Below are positions 9,146-19,596 of a stretch of DNA of 64,000 nt, piece after piece. Below the pieces are notes generated by a model. The model made no database searches and was not told the DNA's origin. It worked only from the letters and a program-made list of their open reading frames with translations. The position numbers and the translations under genes are program-made. Source of the stretch: an uncultured Clostridia bacterium (lineage in GTDB: Bacteria; Bacillota; Clostridia; Christensenellales; UBA1242); the NCBI GenBank assembly GCA_944349765.1, contig CALVNN010000001.1, positions 749 through 64,748 on the forward strand. Reading direction: 5' to 3'. Every line of letters begins with the position of its first letter. Positions within the stretch are counted from its first letter, which is position 1.

Positions 9146-9170
9146 AACATCATTTAACTTAATTGCGACT

Positions 9171-9198
9171 AAAAAAATGTAAGTCTATCTGACTTACA
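9171..9198 (-). terminator. Terminator downstream of tRNA-Ser
   Basis: 8-bp stem TGTAAGTC/GACTTACA with a T7 run on the minus strand. Confidence 0.6.
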
Positions 9199-9203
9199 TA
9201 ATT

Positions 9204-9293
9204 TGGCGGAAAGGACAGGATTCGAACCTGCGAGACTTTTCAGTCCACCGACTTTCGAGATCGGCACAATCAACCGGACTCTGACACCTTTCC
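9204..9293 (-). tRNA. tRNA-Ser (anticodon CGA), class II with long variable arm and encoded CCA
   Basis: Reverse complement begins GGAAAGG and ends CCTTTCCGCCA. Anticodon stem CCGAT/GTCGG, loop CTCGAAA. Variable arm GGACT-GAAA-AGTCT. T-loop TTCGAAT. Confidence 0.9.
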
Positions 9294-9539
9294 ATAAAAA
9301 TCACTTGTTTTTTAAGATGATTATTATAAATATTTTATCTTATTAAATTGTAAGTAGTGAAAAATTTAAATTTTTCTAAATGCGAAATAATTATATAATG
9401 TATATTAATCCAAATATAAACGTTTGTCAAGTTTTTTAGATGTAAATCATTTTACTTTGTTTATTTTATATGGTATAATAACTATATTATACACATAAAA
9501 ATTGGTATAACTATTGTAATATTTTTAAAAGGTGATTAT

Positions 9540-9992
9540 ATGCAGAAATTAAACTTAATTATATCTACAAACAAATACACAGGGAATTTTCATAGAGAGC
9601 TTTTGGCGTATGTCTTTGGTTATGATGATAATACCGATGGGTATGCTGATAAAGAACTTGAAGCGTTCAATCAAGAGATGGGAGAGGAGCTAGCTGAGGA
9701 TTTTGCAAGTTACATAGATAGTACTAGATATGGAAGATATGATTCAGAATATCACGCGACATTTATTGACTCGCACCCACTCAATGAAGAATATAATTGT
9801 GACAGCATAGTAATAGCACTTAGAGAAAAATTACCACAAAGTCTTCATGCTTTAATGAAACAAAGATTGGATAAATTTTGCGAATTACAAAATCAAGAAA
9901 AACAAGCAGATGAAGAAGACCTAAAAGTTACTAATGTTTGTTATTATGTCCAAACATATCAAAAAGCTGACTCACCAGAGCGAAGTATGTAA
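9540..9992 (+). CDS. Hypothetical acidic protein
   Basis: RBS-like AAGGTGA upstream. No recognisable motif. Confidence 0.5.
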   Translation: MQKLNLIISTNKYTGNFHRELLAYVFGYDDNTDGYADKELEAFNQEMGEELAEDFASYIDSTRYGRYDSEYHATFIDSHPLNEEYNCDSIVIALREKLPQSLHALMKQRLDKFCELQNQEKQADEEDLKVTNVCYYVQTYQKADSPERSM

Positions 9993-10011
9993 GTAAAAAA
10001 CAGCTAAAACG

Positions 10012-10037
10012 AAAAAACGCCCATATGAGCGTTTTTC
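10012..10037. terminator. Bidirectional terminator between convergent genes
   Basis: AAAAAACGC...GCGTTTTTC hairpin flanked by A- and T-runs. Confidence 0.6.
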
Positions 10038-10041
10038 TTTT

Positions 10042-11796
10042 TTATCTATAACCTTGAGAAGCGTAGTTTTCGTACATTACAGTCACAAATGCCAACCAAC
10101 CACCAGGTCCACCACCAAATTTTTCGTAGATTTGTTCTTCAGTAGGGTATACTGTTTCGAGTTCTAGTACAAGCTGTACAGTCTTACCACTTAATTCGTT
10201 GGTAGTCGACGCTATATCGACAGTGAAATTGTTTAATATGTCTACAGGTTCGTTATTTGGTAAAATTATACCTTGATAATACCAATAATCCCTATACTTG
10301 ACTAGCTTAGCATCCACGCCATCATTAAAGTTTTCTATGATGTTATACACTTTGTCTTCATACAATACGTATGCTTTAAATCTAAACGTAAACATATTAT
10401 TGTATTCACCATCATCATTTCTTGTGTGGTGAACTAAATACAAAGGCTCTTTAAAGCTAATCACATCACCAGGCATAAATTTAAATTCACTAACTGGGAT
10501 TTCCTCATCTGGAGATGCAATTTCAATCACATTGCCTTCAGGATCAACTTTGTAGGTGATAGGCACTTCAAATATTTCTCTGCCCCACACCAAGAAGAAT
10601 ACAAGCAGTAGTATTAATAATAGAAGTAGTAACCATAGCCATTTTTTCTTGCTTTTTTTCTTGCTTTTATTTATGTCATCTACTTGTTTAGATTCATCAG
10701 CAATTATAGGTTTAGTTATATCTTGATTTAGATTTTTTTGTGCCTTTGCTTCGGCTTTTGCTCTAGCTTTTTCACGCTTAATACGTTCTTTTTCTAAACG
10801 TTTTGCATCACCACCTTCACCAGATGGTAACTTTGTAAATTCTAAATCAACATCTTTTTTCAGCTTCTTTGGCTTTTTGGTAGTATTTTCCACATCAGGG
10901 CTAGGAGGAGGTGGTGGTACATTTGATGGCTTTTGCGGAGGCGTCGCACTTGGCTTTTTAGGAGGAGTCGGTTTTTTAGGTGGAGGAGGCGGAGTAACTT
11001 CATTAGTAGGAGGTGGGGGTGGTGGTGATTTCGGAGTACTATCTACAGGAGGGGCTTCTTTTGCCATTGCTACTTCAGCTTGAACGTCATTCAACTCTAC
11101 ACTTTCATTATGTAACTCATCCGTATTAGAGCCTTGCTCAGTTGATTTATTATCGTTAATATCGATATTTAGATTTTTTTCTTCGCTTATGTTACTCTCA
11201 GTTTCCTTTTTTGTTTGTCTTTTTTTGTTAGCTATCACAGCACCTGCCACTACAGCACCTGCTGCGACAGTGCCTGCCACTGCTACGCCAGCTTTGGATT
11301 TGCTAGTGGTTTTTTTGGTAGAAGATTTTGCCTTGCTATCAGTTTTATTTAGGTTAACTTCGGCGTTTACAGCTGTGTCTTTTTTGGTCTTAGATGTACT
11401 AGACTTGGTAGCACTACTCTTGGTTGACTTAGTTGTAGTAGATTTTGTTTTAGCTGTACTTGTTTTATTCGCAGAAGATTTTGTAGATTTTGTTTTTGTC
11501 GCATCGTCTTTTGTAGATTTTGCCTTAGAAACACTAGCTGATACTTTTGTTTTGTTTGAAGTAGTAGCTTTTGACTTAGTCGTTTTAGTTATAGCATCTT
11601 TTTGTTCTGGCGACTTTGTAGCTTTAGGCTTTGCGGTGCTTTTAGGCTTTGGAGAGGATGCTTTTTTTGCATTACCTCTAGCTGGTTTTGATTTTACAAC
11701 TTCTCTATTAGGTGTGTAGTCTAAAGGCTCGTATCTTCTCTTTCTTCTGGTAGGGACTTCGAGCTTTCCTTCTATAATCTTATCGTTATCTGCCAC
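10042..11796 (-). CDS. Low-complexity two-TM membrane protein: K/S/T/A-rich region, Pro-rich region, ~190-aa C-terminal globular domain
   Basis: Long ORF. Hydrophobic segments GVAVAGTVAAGAVVAGAVIA and WLWLLLLLLILLLVFFLVW. Contains a PPPPPP tract. No family recognised. Confidence 0.7.
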   Translation of the reverse strand: MADNDKIIEGKLEVPTRRKRRYEPLDYTPNREVVKSKPARGNAKKASSPKPKSTAKPKATKSPEQKDAITKTTKSKATTSNKTKVSASVSKAKSTKDDATKTKSTKSSANKTSTAKTKSTTTKSTKSSATKSSTSKTKKDTAVNAEVNLNKTDSKAKSSTKKTTSKSKAGVAVAGTVAAGAVVAGAVIANKKRQTKKETESNISEEKNLNIDINDNKSTEQGSNTDELHNESVELNDVQAEVAMAKEAPPVDSTPKSPPPPPPTNEVTPPPPPKKPTPPKKPSATPPQKPSNVPPPPPSPDVENTTKKPKKLKKDVDLEFTKLPSGEGGDAKRLEKERIKREKARAKAEAKAQKNLNQDITKPIIADESKQVDDINKSKKKSKKKWLWLLLLLLILLLVFFLVWGREIFEVPITYKVDPEGNVIEIASPDEEIPVSEFKFMPGDVISFKEPLYLVHHTRNDDGEYNNMFTFRFKAYVLYEDKVYNIIENFNDGVDAKLVKYRDYWYYQGIILPNNEPVDILNNFTVDIASTTNELSGKTVQLVLELETVYPTEEQIYEKFGGGPGGWLAFVTVMYENYASQGYR

Positions 11797-11972
11797 TACT
11801 AGTCCACCTCCTTTGTTTGTTCTTAGTTAGTATTATACAATATTTAAAAATATTTGTAAAATGTTTAATGTAAGTTTTTTAAATTTTTATTGCAAAAAAT
11901 TTTATTTGAATATATACTTATTGTGTATTTGTATGAAAAATATATTCAAAAATTAATTGAAGGAAGTGTATT

Positions 11973-12389
11973 ATGATAATTGATGAAATAAAAAAGCTTA
12001 ACATACAAGCTATTAAGGATAAAGATGCTGTCGCTAGAAATATACTTGGGATTGTGATGAATAAATGGATGTTACTAGAGCGTAGTGAAGACGCCAAAGA
12101 GCTTACTGATACTGATATGATTAATATCTTAAAAAAGACTATAAAACAGCTTTGTGAAGAAGCAGAAAATTATCAAAAAGTTGGTAATCTTGAAGAAGTC
12201 GCAAATATTAATAGACAAAAGGAGATTTTGAGCGTTTATTTGCCAAGTGAGTTAACTGAAGCAGAGATTCGCAGTATTATAGAGGGCTTAGAGGACAAAA
12301 GCATACCTAGTGTAATGGCTTATTTTGGGGAGCATTACAAAGATAACTGTGACCGTGCTGTAGTAATGAAAGTATTGAAAGGAATGTAA
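11973..12389 (+). CDS. yqeY: GatB/YqeY domain protein
   Basis: Size and N-terminal pattern (IKKLNIQAIKDKDAVARNILG) are typical of the YqeY family. Confidence 0.7.
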   Translation: MIIDEIKKLNIQAIKDKDAVARNILGIVMNKWMLLERSEDAKELTDTDMINILKKTIKQLCEEAENYQKVGNLEEVANINRQKEILSVYLPSELTEAEIRSIIEGLEDKSIPSVMAYFGEHYKDNCDRAVVMKVLKGM

Positions 12390-13087
12390 TGAAGATATTA
12401 AATAGGGTATTAGATTGCTTATTCCCAAATGATATAAAGTGTGCGTTTTGTGGTGAAGATTTAGAATTTAGCAATCGCTATTGCACATGTCAAGAATGCT
12501 TAAAGAAGATAACTTTTAACAATGGCAAAATGTGCCAAAAGTGCGGAAAGCCATTGATAAATCATACATGTGTAAATTGTCTTCACACAAAACACTTTTT
12601 TAAGTTAGCCCGTGCGCCACTAGTGCTAGATGGTATAGTTAGAAAAGCTATCCATGATTTCAAATTCAACAATCTGTCAAGTTTGGCTACAATATTTGCC
12701 GAGTATATGTATGATGAATATAGCCATTTTAATGTAAAGTTTGATGCTATAGTAGCTGTACCACTTCACGTTACAAGACTTAAAAAGCGTGGTTATAATC
12801 AAGCACACGAATTGGTAAAAGCTTTGAATAAAAGAATCAAACTAGAAGATTTAAGTGACTGTGTGATTCGTTGTAAAAATACCGTCTCACAAACAGGTCT
12901 AAACCGAGACGAAAGAGTAAGCAATGTTAGTTCGGCTTTCAAGGTGGTTGATAATAAATTTAAGGGCAAAACAATTCTTCTAGTTGATGATGTCGTAACT
13001 ACTATGTCCACAGTAAATGCTGTAAGCAAAGTACTCATTGAAAGTGGCACTAGTAGTGTGTATGTATTAAGCATTGCACATGGTTAG
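12389..13087 (+). CDS. comFC: ComF family protein (ComFC-like phosphoribosyltransferase fold)
   Basis: N-terminal CxxC zinc-finger pairs and PRTase motif ILLVDDVVTT. Confidence 0.8.
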   Translation: MKILNRVLDCLFPNDIKCAFCGEDLEFSNRYCTCQECLKKITFNNGKMCQKCGKPLINHTCVNCLHTKHFFKLARAPLVLDGIVRKAIHDFKFNNLSSLATIFAEYMYDEYSHFNVKFDAIVAVPLHVTRLKKRGYNQAHELVKALNKRIKLEDLSDCVIRCKNTVSQTGLNRDERVSNVSSAFKVVDNKFKGKTILLVDDVVTTMSTVNAVSKVLIESGTSSVYVLSIAHG

Positions 13088-13094
13088 GTGATAT

Positions 13095-13763
13095 ATGGAT
13101 ATAAAGTATGAAATTCAAGATTTTATTACAAAGCACTCAAGCGAGTCAAAAGCAAATTTTGACAAAAAAATCACACCAACTAAATACCCTATATATGGTG
13201 TAAGACTTGGCGAGCTAAATAACTTTGCTAAACAAATTGTAAAACAAGAATTTTCATTTTACGATCTGCCTCTTTCGTGTCAAGAGGAGATATTGCTTGC
13301 TGGATTTGTAGTTGCATATGAAAAAGTAGATAACGCAACACGTTTAGAGCATTTTAAACACATATTACCTTATATTGATAACTGGGCGACTTGTGACTGT
13401 ATTGTCTCACGCTTAAAAAATTTAAAAGACGAAAAACAATATTTTGTAAGTTTGCTTAAAAGTAAGGACCCTTTTGCTGTAAGAGTTGGAGTAATATTTT
13501 TATTTAAGTTTTACCTTAAAGAAGATTTAGTTAATACGCTAGAGCTTGTTACTCAAGTAAAAAATGATAATTATTATGTAAAAATGGCTATTTCTTGGAT
13601 GGTTGCTGAGGCATTTGTTTATGATTTTGACTACACGCTAAATTATCTAAAGCAAGTAGATGATAAATTTATACGCAATAAATCAATTCAAAAAGCTATT
13701 GAATCATTTAGGCTAACAGATAAACAAAAAAATATTTTGCGCTTGTTACGAGACAAATCGTAA
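13095..13763 (+). CDS. DNA alkylation repair protein (AlkD-like HEAT-repeat family)
   Basis: Size and DNWATCD motif are characteristic of the family. Confidence 0.7.
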   Translation: MDIKYEIQDFITKHSSESKANFDKKITPTKYPIYGVRLGELNNFAKQIVKQEFSFYDLPLSCQEEILLAGFVVAYEKVDNATRLEHFKHILPYIDNWATCDCIVSRLKNLKDEKQYFVSLLKSKDPFAVRVGVIFLFKFYLKEDLVNTLELVTQVKNDNYYVKMAISWMVAEAFVYDFDYTLNYLKQVDDKFIRNKSIQKAIESFRLTDKQKNILRLLRDKS

Positions 13764-13779
13764 ATGCAAAATATTTTTT

Positions 13780-14688
13780 TTAATAATCCACTTCCATATA
13801 ACTTAGATTTAACGCACCTTGAGTGGTCTTTATATTAATCATATCACCTACCTCACATTGCCAATAAAAGTCGACGGATACATCAATATAATATGTATTG
13901 TCATCTATTACAAAATACACGTCGTAGGTGGTGACTTGTCTAGCTCCAGTGCCATTAATCTTCTTATCCACAATTTCATATGAGTTTATTGAATAAGGGC
14001 TAGGAATTGAGGAGTTTATTGTGTCTATGAATATAACACCATAAAACCAACCAATAAACAATACAATAATAAATACCCCAACTTTTGTCCATTTTTTTTG
14101 TGCTAACTGGTTGAAAGTTTTTAAAAAAACTGATAGTGACAAACCTACAAATACACAAAATATCACTGCCATAGGGATAAAGGCATACAGCAAAACTACA
14201 TTTTCGATCAAATATGCACGAGAATATATTCCAAGGTAAAGCAAGATAGCTATAAAAGCAATAATCAGGATTATTTTTTTGTCAAAAAAACTTTTATACG
14301 TATCAAATCTTTTAGGGTGAAAATATACAATGCAATAAATAATAGCCATTATGGTATTAAAGCAAAATAAACCCAAAACAAAAAAATCACTAAAAAATCT
14401 TAATCCCAATATCAGGATATTGCCACTATAAAAAATAATGTCGATAGTTTTTGCTGTCACGCACTTGTCCGATAGCACTACTTGAATAATGGCTATAATA
14501 AACATTAATATTATGCATATAATTAGTATCAAGTTAGATACAAGTGGGTCTATCCAATCATACGAAAAATACGCCACGCCAAAAAAGCCGATTACAAATA
14601 TCACAATAGATAATATTGTATAAAGTGCGGTGAAGATTTTATTTTTATGTTTAGGTTTGTCAATAGGGTGTGCCTTTGAATTAGCCAT
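13780..14688 (-). CDS. Hypothetical polytopic membrane protein
   Basis: Multiple hydrophobic helices and a small C-terminal soluble domain. Confidence 0.6.
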   Translation of the reverse strand: MANSKAHPIDKPKHKNKIFTALYTILSIVIFVIGFFGVAYFSYDWIDPLVSNLILIICIILMFIIAIIQVVLSDKCVTAKTIDIIFYSGNILILGLRFFSDFFVLGLFCFNTIMAIIYCIVYFHPKRFDTYKSFFDKKIILIIAFIAILLYLGIYSRAYLIENVVLLYAFIPMAVIFCVFVGLSLSVFLKTFNQLAQKKWTKVGVFIIVLFIGWFYGVIFIDTINSSIPSPYSINSYEIVDKKINGTGARQVTTYDVYFVIDDNTYYIDVSVDFYWQCEVGDMINIKTTQGALNLSYMEVDY

Positions 14689-14811
14689 TGCTCTTTACTC
14701 CTTACGGTAATTATAAAATATTTTTGTTTAAAATCAAGCGTAAAAGCATTAATTATTGACTTTCTTAAAAAAAATGTTATAATTCTATTAAGTATATTTA
14801 AGGAGTTGGAT

Positions 14812-15639
14812 ATGAAAATTGCTTTAAGAATTATCATTTCTGGATTGATAGTGGCTCTTATTGTTGTGCTTTGTGTGTTTGTATTCTTTAAGCCTAACAA
14901 TGCATTAACGGCTTATAATACATTGAACTCAGCCTTTAAAGAAGATGGTGCTATAGGCACGATGGAAAGATTGATTAATGAATCTGAGCAGAGTGACGAG
15001 CCTTTAAAAGATGTTTTGCCAAATTATGAAATTATTGAGTACGAGCTAGATACATTGAAGCTTAATTACGCTAAGATGCTACTATACAGTAGTGATGGGG
15101 ATGCTAGCGAGTCATTAAATAATAAAGCTAATGAGTTGATAGAAGAAGTAAAGGATTTTACTAATGAAATATCTAATTACAGACTTACTATCGAAGGCGG
15201 AGCTAGTGATAATGCGATAGCCGAAATAGAAAATAAACTCAACTTGCAGATACTAAACCAAGTGAATTTATTAAGTGAATTAAATATTATAGTATTTGAA
15301 AATCTAAACGAGGGGTATTATAAGGGATGCTATACTTATAAAGTAGCTATGAGAGCTATAGCATCTATTAAGAGCGTAGGTATTGACAATGCTGACCCAA
15401 GTATTAGACAAGCCAATCTAACGAGTTACTTGCAAATCTTTAATGAAGCAAACAATCAACAATATCCACAGACCTTTGAAGGGGCTTATGTGTTTTTGAA
15501 TGACCTTTGGGAACTTGATTTGGTGAAATTATTCACTGCGTCTCAAGAATATGTAGATAGTTTGGATGAAACTAATAAGGCAAAAGCCAACTATGCTTTG
15601 GATTATATAAGCCAATTTATTGTGACGGCGGAGGTGTAG
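14812..15639 (+). CDS. Hypothetical exported/anchored helical protein
   Basis: ATG at 14812 six nt after AGGAG. N-terminal TM/signal segment. Confidence 0.6.
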   Translation: MKIALRIIISGLIVALIVVLCVFVFFKPNNALTAYNTLNSAFKEDGAIGTMERLINESEQSDEPLKDVLPNYEIIEYELDTLKLNYAKMLLYSSDGDASESLNNKANELIEEVKDFTNEISNYRLTIEGGASDNAIAEIENKLNLQILNQVNLLSELNIIVFENLNEGYYKGCYTYKVAMRAIASIKSVGIDNADPSIRQANLTSYLQIFNEANNQQYPQTFEGAYVFLNDLWELDLVKLFTASQEYVDSLDETNKAKANYALDYISQFIVTAEV

Positions 15640-15640
15640 A

Positions 15641-16693
15641 ATGAAACTTTTAAAATCTATTGCATTGACTTGTATGATATGCGTGTTAAGTATAAGTTTA
15701 TTTGCCTGTGGCGGTGTGTCTTCTCAAAAAGTGTATGATGATTATGAAACTCTAGCTAGAGAAAATCCAAAAATGTTTACAGAGAGTAAATTGATGGTAC
15801 AAATAGATGAAGATATAAAAAATACCATTTTAGCATTGAATGAATCCGCAGAAACTTTTGAAGGTAAAGAGCTTTTTACAGATCTTATTAATGTGTACGA
15901 GCCAGTGCTTGAAATAAGTATGGATTTTTATAACAATAATAAGTTGTTCTTAGAGGAGTATGATGAGGAAATAGCCGAAGAAGACTCAACAAGATTGAGC
16001 GAACTACTAGATAATTTGGCCTCATCTATTACCGATGTCGCAAATGCTGTGTCATCTCTAGAGTATTATAAGAATTTATTTCAAGATAGTGATTTTGTGC
16101 AGTCAGGAATTATCAAAAATAAATTTGAAGTATTGTATATTGAGTATGATTCGCTAATAAATGATGCTTTTGCATTCAATAATCAATTTATACAGATGTA
16201 TACAAAGAAATATCCTTTGATTGACTATAGAGATCAAAATATTGACCTAACTTCAGCCGATATTAAAGCAGTGTATAATTACACTACAGCACAAATTCTT
16301 GACGTTGCCTTTTTGCTAAAGGATGAGGCTGGATACGAAAACGCTCTTACTAGGATATTAACTGCTGTTGATACTTACCAAAATAATTCTGGTGAAGAAA
16401 ACTTCTTATCTGTTACGACAAAGTCTTATGACACTCAGACGGGTAGTGAGGTGACTATCACTAATCAAAAATATATTGATATGATGAATTACCTGGCTAT
16501 ACTCCAAACCAATTTGGATACCTACTTTGTACAAAAGGATAATTTCTTCACGGCACTTGATAGATTAAATGGTGAACTAACTCAAGCTGATAGAAATGCA
16601 TATCAAACCATCAAGGACGAGTTTGTAGAAAATTCTTTTGTAAGTGTATTAGAATACTTTGAACGTATAGTCAATTTATTAAAGATTGATTAA
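15641..16693 (+). CDS. Hypothetical lipoprotein
   Basis: Signal peptide with lipobox LFAC-GG. Starts 1 nt after the upstream stop. Confidence 0.65.
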   Translation: MKLLKSIALTCMICVLSISLFACGGVSSQKVYDDYETLARENPKMFTESKLMVQIDEDIKNTILALNESAETFEGKELFTDLINVYEPVLEISMDFYNNNKLFLEEYDEEIAEEDSTRLSELLDNLASSITDVANAVSSLEYYKNLFQDSDFVQSGIIKNKFEVLYIEYDSLINDAFAFNNQFIQMYTKKYPLIDYRDQNIDLTSADIKAVYNYTTAQILDVAFLLKDEAGYENALTRILTAVDTYQNNSGEENFLSVTTKSYDTQTGSEVTITNQKYIDMMNYLAILQTNLDTYFVQKDNFFTALDRLNGELTQADRNAYQTIKDEFVENSFVSVLEYFERIVNLLKID

Positions 16694-16713
16694 TTCATTT
16701 ATATTAAATAAAA

Positions 16714-16761
16714 AAATCCACAATTTTAGTTTGGTACAACTAGTTTGTGGATTTTCTTTTT
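16714..16761 (+). terminator. Rho-independent terminator
   Basis: AAATCCACAA...TTGTGGATTT stem followed by a T-rich tail. Confidence 0.6.
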
Positions 16762-16827
16762 AAATAATTGACAAAAAATATCCAAAAGTTTAAAATAAAT
16801 CTAAGTGCTTATTAAAAAGGATTTATA

Positions 16828-18057
16828 ATGGATTTTGATATTAAAGTTTCAAAAAACTTATTAGAACTTGCTGAATTATTTGGTAACGAACATCCGCTTT
16901 ATATTGTTGGTGGATATGTACGTAATGCATTGCTCGGTCAGTATAATACAGATATAGACTTAGCCAGCGATCTGACGCCTGATGAAGTAAGACAGTGCGT
17001 TGCTCCATTTGGATATAAAGTCTTAAATAAAAGTTTAAAAATGGGTACCATAGTCATTGTAAAAGATTCGGAGGAGTATGAGCATACGACCTTTAGAAAG
17101 GAAACTTATCTTAAAAATAAACATCAACCAGATATTGTGAAGTTAAAAGCCAGCATTCGTGAAGACGCTATGAGGCGTGATTTTACGGCAAATTGTCTGT
17201 ATTATGATATAATTAAAAAGAAGATAGTCGACTTTTATAGTGGCGTACAAGATATACTTAGAGCAGAGTTGAAGGCAGTGGAGACACCTAGCTACGTATT
17301 TAGTGTTGACGGCCTTCGAATTCTTAGAATGGTGCGTCTTGCTTGTGAGCTGGGCTTCCATATAAATATTGATACATTTAATGAGGCAAAAAATAATCTT
17401 GAGCATTTAAAAAATATAAGTGGCGAACGTAAGTATGCCGAACTTGTAAAAATATTGAATAGTCAAAATAAGTATTCTTTTAGCCCGAATAACGCATATG
17501 AAATAGGTTTGAATCTATTAAATAAATTAGATGCTTGGGATAATATTTTTAATCTTGGAAATTTTCAATTGCCAAAATCTTATTTTAGCACCAATATCTA
17601 TGGTCTAATTTTGAATATCTATAGTAATTTTAAAAATTTATCTTTTGATGAATTTGTTTGCCGTACCTTTGGACAAAAAGCACTTAAGCGTTCGAAAAGA
17701 GAACAACGTCTTTTGAAGAATTTACTATTTGCTTGTTACGGATTTACTCATAACAAATGGGAAGATTTCGTGAATATTTATCCCCATTTAGATGAAGTTT
17801 TGGGAATTTTAAGAGTAATAAATATAACTTTGTGTAATAAATTAATGAGTATGAAAGCTGAAGCTATAAGCAGAAAAACCCCATTGACCTTAAAAGATTT
17901 ACAACTAACTTCCATAGATTTAGCCAAAGTAAATGTTGATAAATCCAAATATTCTTATTACTTGAATAAATTGTGGCGAATTACTATTAGATATCCACAT
18001 TTGAATGACAAAAATATATTGATTAATTATGTATTAAAAAAGGAGAAAATATGTTGA
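16828..18057 (+). CDS. cca: CCA-adding tRNA nucleotidyltransferase
   Basis: GGYVRNALLG...DIDLAS catalytic motif and RRDFTANCLYYD. Confidence 0.85.
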   Translation: MDFDIKVSKNLLELAELFGNEHPLYIVGGYVRNALLGQYNTDIDLASDLTPDEVRQCVAPFGYKVLNKSLKMGTIVIVKDSEEYEHTTFRKETYLKNKHQPDIVKLKASIREDAMRRDFTANCLYYDIIKKKIVDFYSGVQDILRAELKAVETPSYVFSVDGLRILRMVRLACELGFHINIDTFNEAKNNLEHLKNISGERKYAELVKILNSQNKYSFSPNNAYEIGLNLLNKLDAWDNIFNLGNFQLPKSYFSTNIYGLILNIYSNFKNLSFDEFVCRTFGQKALKRSKREQRLLKNLLFACYGFTHNKWEDFVNIYPHLDEVLGILRVINITLCNKLMSMKAEAISRKTPLTLKDLQLTSIDLAKVNVDKSKYSYYLNKLWRITIRYPHLNDKNILINYVLKKEKIC

Positions 18058-19328
18058 CTTATATCTTGTTAGGTGTAATCATAATATTACTGATTGTGGC
18101 TATTGTTATGATAAAAAATAGACGTCCATCTAGTCAACAATCACTAGATGATGAGACTTTGGATGCACTCATATACAGGACAAAACTTTTACTTGAGCAA
18201 AGTGAAAAGTTGATAATTACTTCTATGAATAGTAGTAATGAGTCTATTCGTAATGAGCTCAAAAGCAATATAAATTTTCAGTTGGAACAATTGCGTACCT
18301 TTTCTAGGCAATTAGAAATGATGACGACTAGCAACAACTCAAGACTTGATAACGTGACGGCTGTGGTTGACCGTAATCTTAACAAACTTCAAGCCGACAA
18401 TGAGCGTAAGCTTGAAGAGATGCGAGTTACAGTGGATGAAAAGTTGAATGCTACTTTACAGACACGACTCAATCAATCCTTTGAATTGATAAGCAAAAAC
18501 CTTGATGCTGTCCAATCAGGACTTGGTGAGATGCGAAATCTAGCTACTGGAGTGGGCGATCTTAAAAAAGTTCTTACAAATGTGAAAATGAGAGGGACGA
18601 TGGCAGAGGTGCAACTTGGCACGCTTCTTAGACAGGTGCTAGCTGAGAGTCAATTTGCAGAGCAAGTAGTCATAAAGCCTGGAGCAAATTATAAAGATAA
18701 TAGAGTGGATTTTGTAATAAAATTACCAGGCAAAGATACTGGCGAGGTATATCTACCTATTGATGCGAAGTTCCCTTTAGAGGATTATCAGAGACTCATT
18801 GAAGCTTATGAGACCAATAACGAAGATTTAAAGTCTCGTGCCCAAAAAGATTTTGAAAATACTATCAAAAAAGAAGCCCAATCAATTAGCTTAAAATACA
18901 TATATCCGCCACTTACTACAGATTTTGCTATAATGTATTTAGCACTTGAAGGATTGTATGCAGAAGTTGTTCGTACTCCAGGGCTTATGGAATTACTTCA
19001 AGAAAAGTTTAATATATTGATTTGTGGGCCATCTACACTTAGTGGCTTGCTCAATAGCTTGCAACTAGGATTTAAGACAGTGGCTATAGAAAAACGTAGT
19101 AGTGAGATATGGGCATTACTACGTACATTCAAAAAAGAATTTGGTACCTTTGTTGACTTGCTTGGGAAGACTCAAAAGCAAATTAACACAGCTGGAAATA
19201 CCATTGAAGAAGCTACCAAACGCTCACAAATTGTACTCAAAAAACTTAGTACTGTGGATATTGAAGCAGGTACAAAACAAACATTTTTGGATTATCACGA
19301 CGACTCTGAAGATAGCGACATTAATTAA
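18051..19328 (+). CDS. rmuC: DNA recombination protein RmuC
   Basis: N-terminal TM helix, coiled coil, and RVDFVIKLPG...LPIDAKFPLEDY nuclease-like core. Confidence 0.85.
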   Translation: MLTYILLGVIIILLIVAIVMIKNRRPSSQQSLDDETLDALIYRTKLLLEQSEKLIITSMNSSNESIRNELKSNINFQLEQLRTFSRQLEMMTTSNNSRLDNVTAVVDRNLNKLQADNERKLEEMRVTVDEKLNATLQTRLNQSFELISKNLDAVQSGLGEMRNLATGVGDLKKVLTNVKMRGTMAEVQLGTLLRQVLAESQFAEQVVIKPGANYKDNRVDFVIKLPGKDTGEVYLPIDAKFPLEDYQRLIEAYETNNEDLKSRAQKDFENTIKKEAQSISLKYIYPPLTTDFAIMYLALEGLYAEVVRTPGLMELLQEKFNILICGPSTLSGLLNSLQLGFKTVAIEKRSSEIWALLRTFKKEFGTFVDLLGKTQKQINTAGNTIEEATKRSQIVLKKLSTVDIEAGTKQTFLDYHDDSEDSDIN

Positions 19329-19387
19329 GGTAATCAAAATTTTATAATATTACAAATGTAAAAACATCAAAAAATTTTAAAAATTGT

Positions 19388-19416
19388 TTGACAAAATATT
19401 ACAAAATGGGTATACT
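19388..19416 (+). promoter_or_regulatory. Sigma-A-type promoter of paralogue 1; leaves a ~175-nt leader
   Basis: TTGACA, 17 nt, TATACT. Confidence 0.55.
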
Positions 19417-19596
19417 ACAATTAATAATAAAATCTAAGGGGCATAAATGCAGATAAGTATTATTATAGAAAGGGGGGAACACTTTTTATATTTTAATACC
19501 TATATAAGCGCAAATAGCGTATTTTTTGCATGCAATGGCATTTAGGATGTTATATCCTAGATGCTTTTTCGTAGCCTTTTAAAAGGATGATGGAGA

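Noticed and set aside
10877-11719. Plus-strand ORFs of 68 aa (10877-11083) and 176 aa (11189-11719)
   Set aside because: They lie antisense within the low-complexity part of the 584-aa gene. Their G/V/L/F-rich translations are the mirror image of the K/S/T/P-rich codons. Neither has an RBS.
19102-19347. 81-aa plus-strand ORF overlapping the end of rmuC
   Set aside because: It is an alternative frame inside rmuC with no independent signals.
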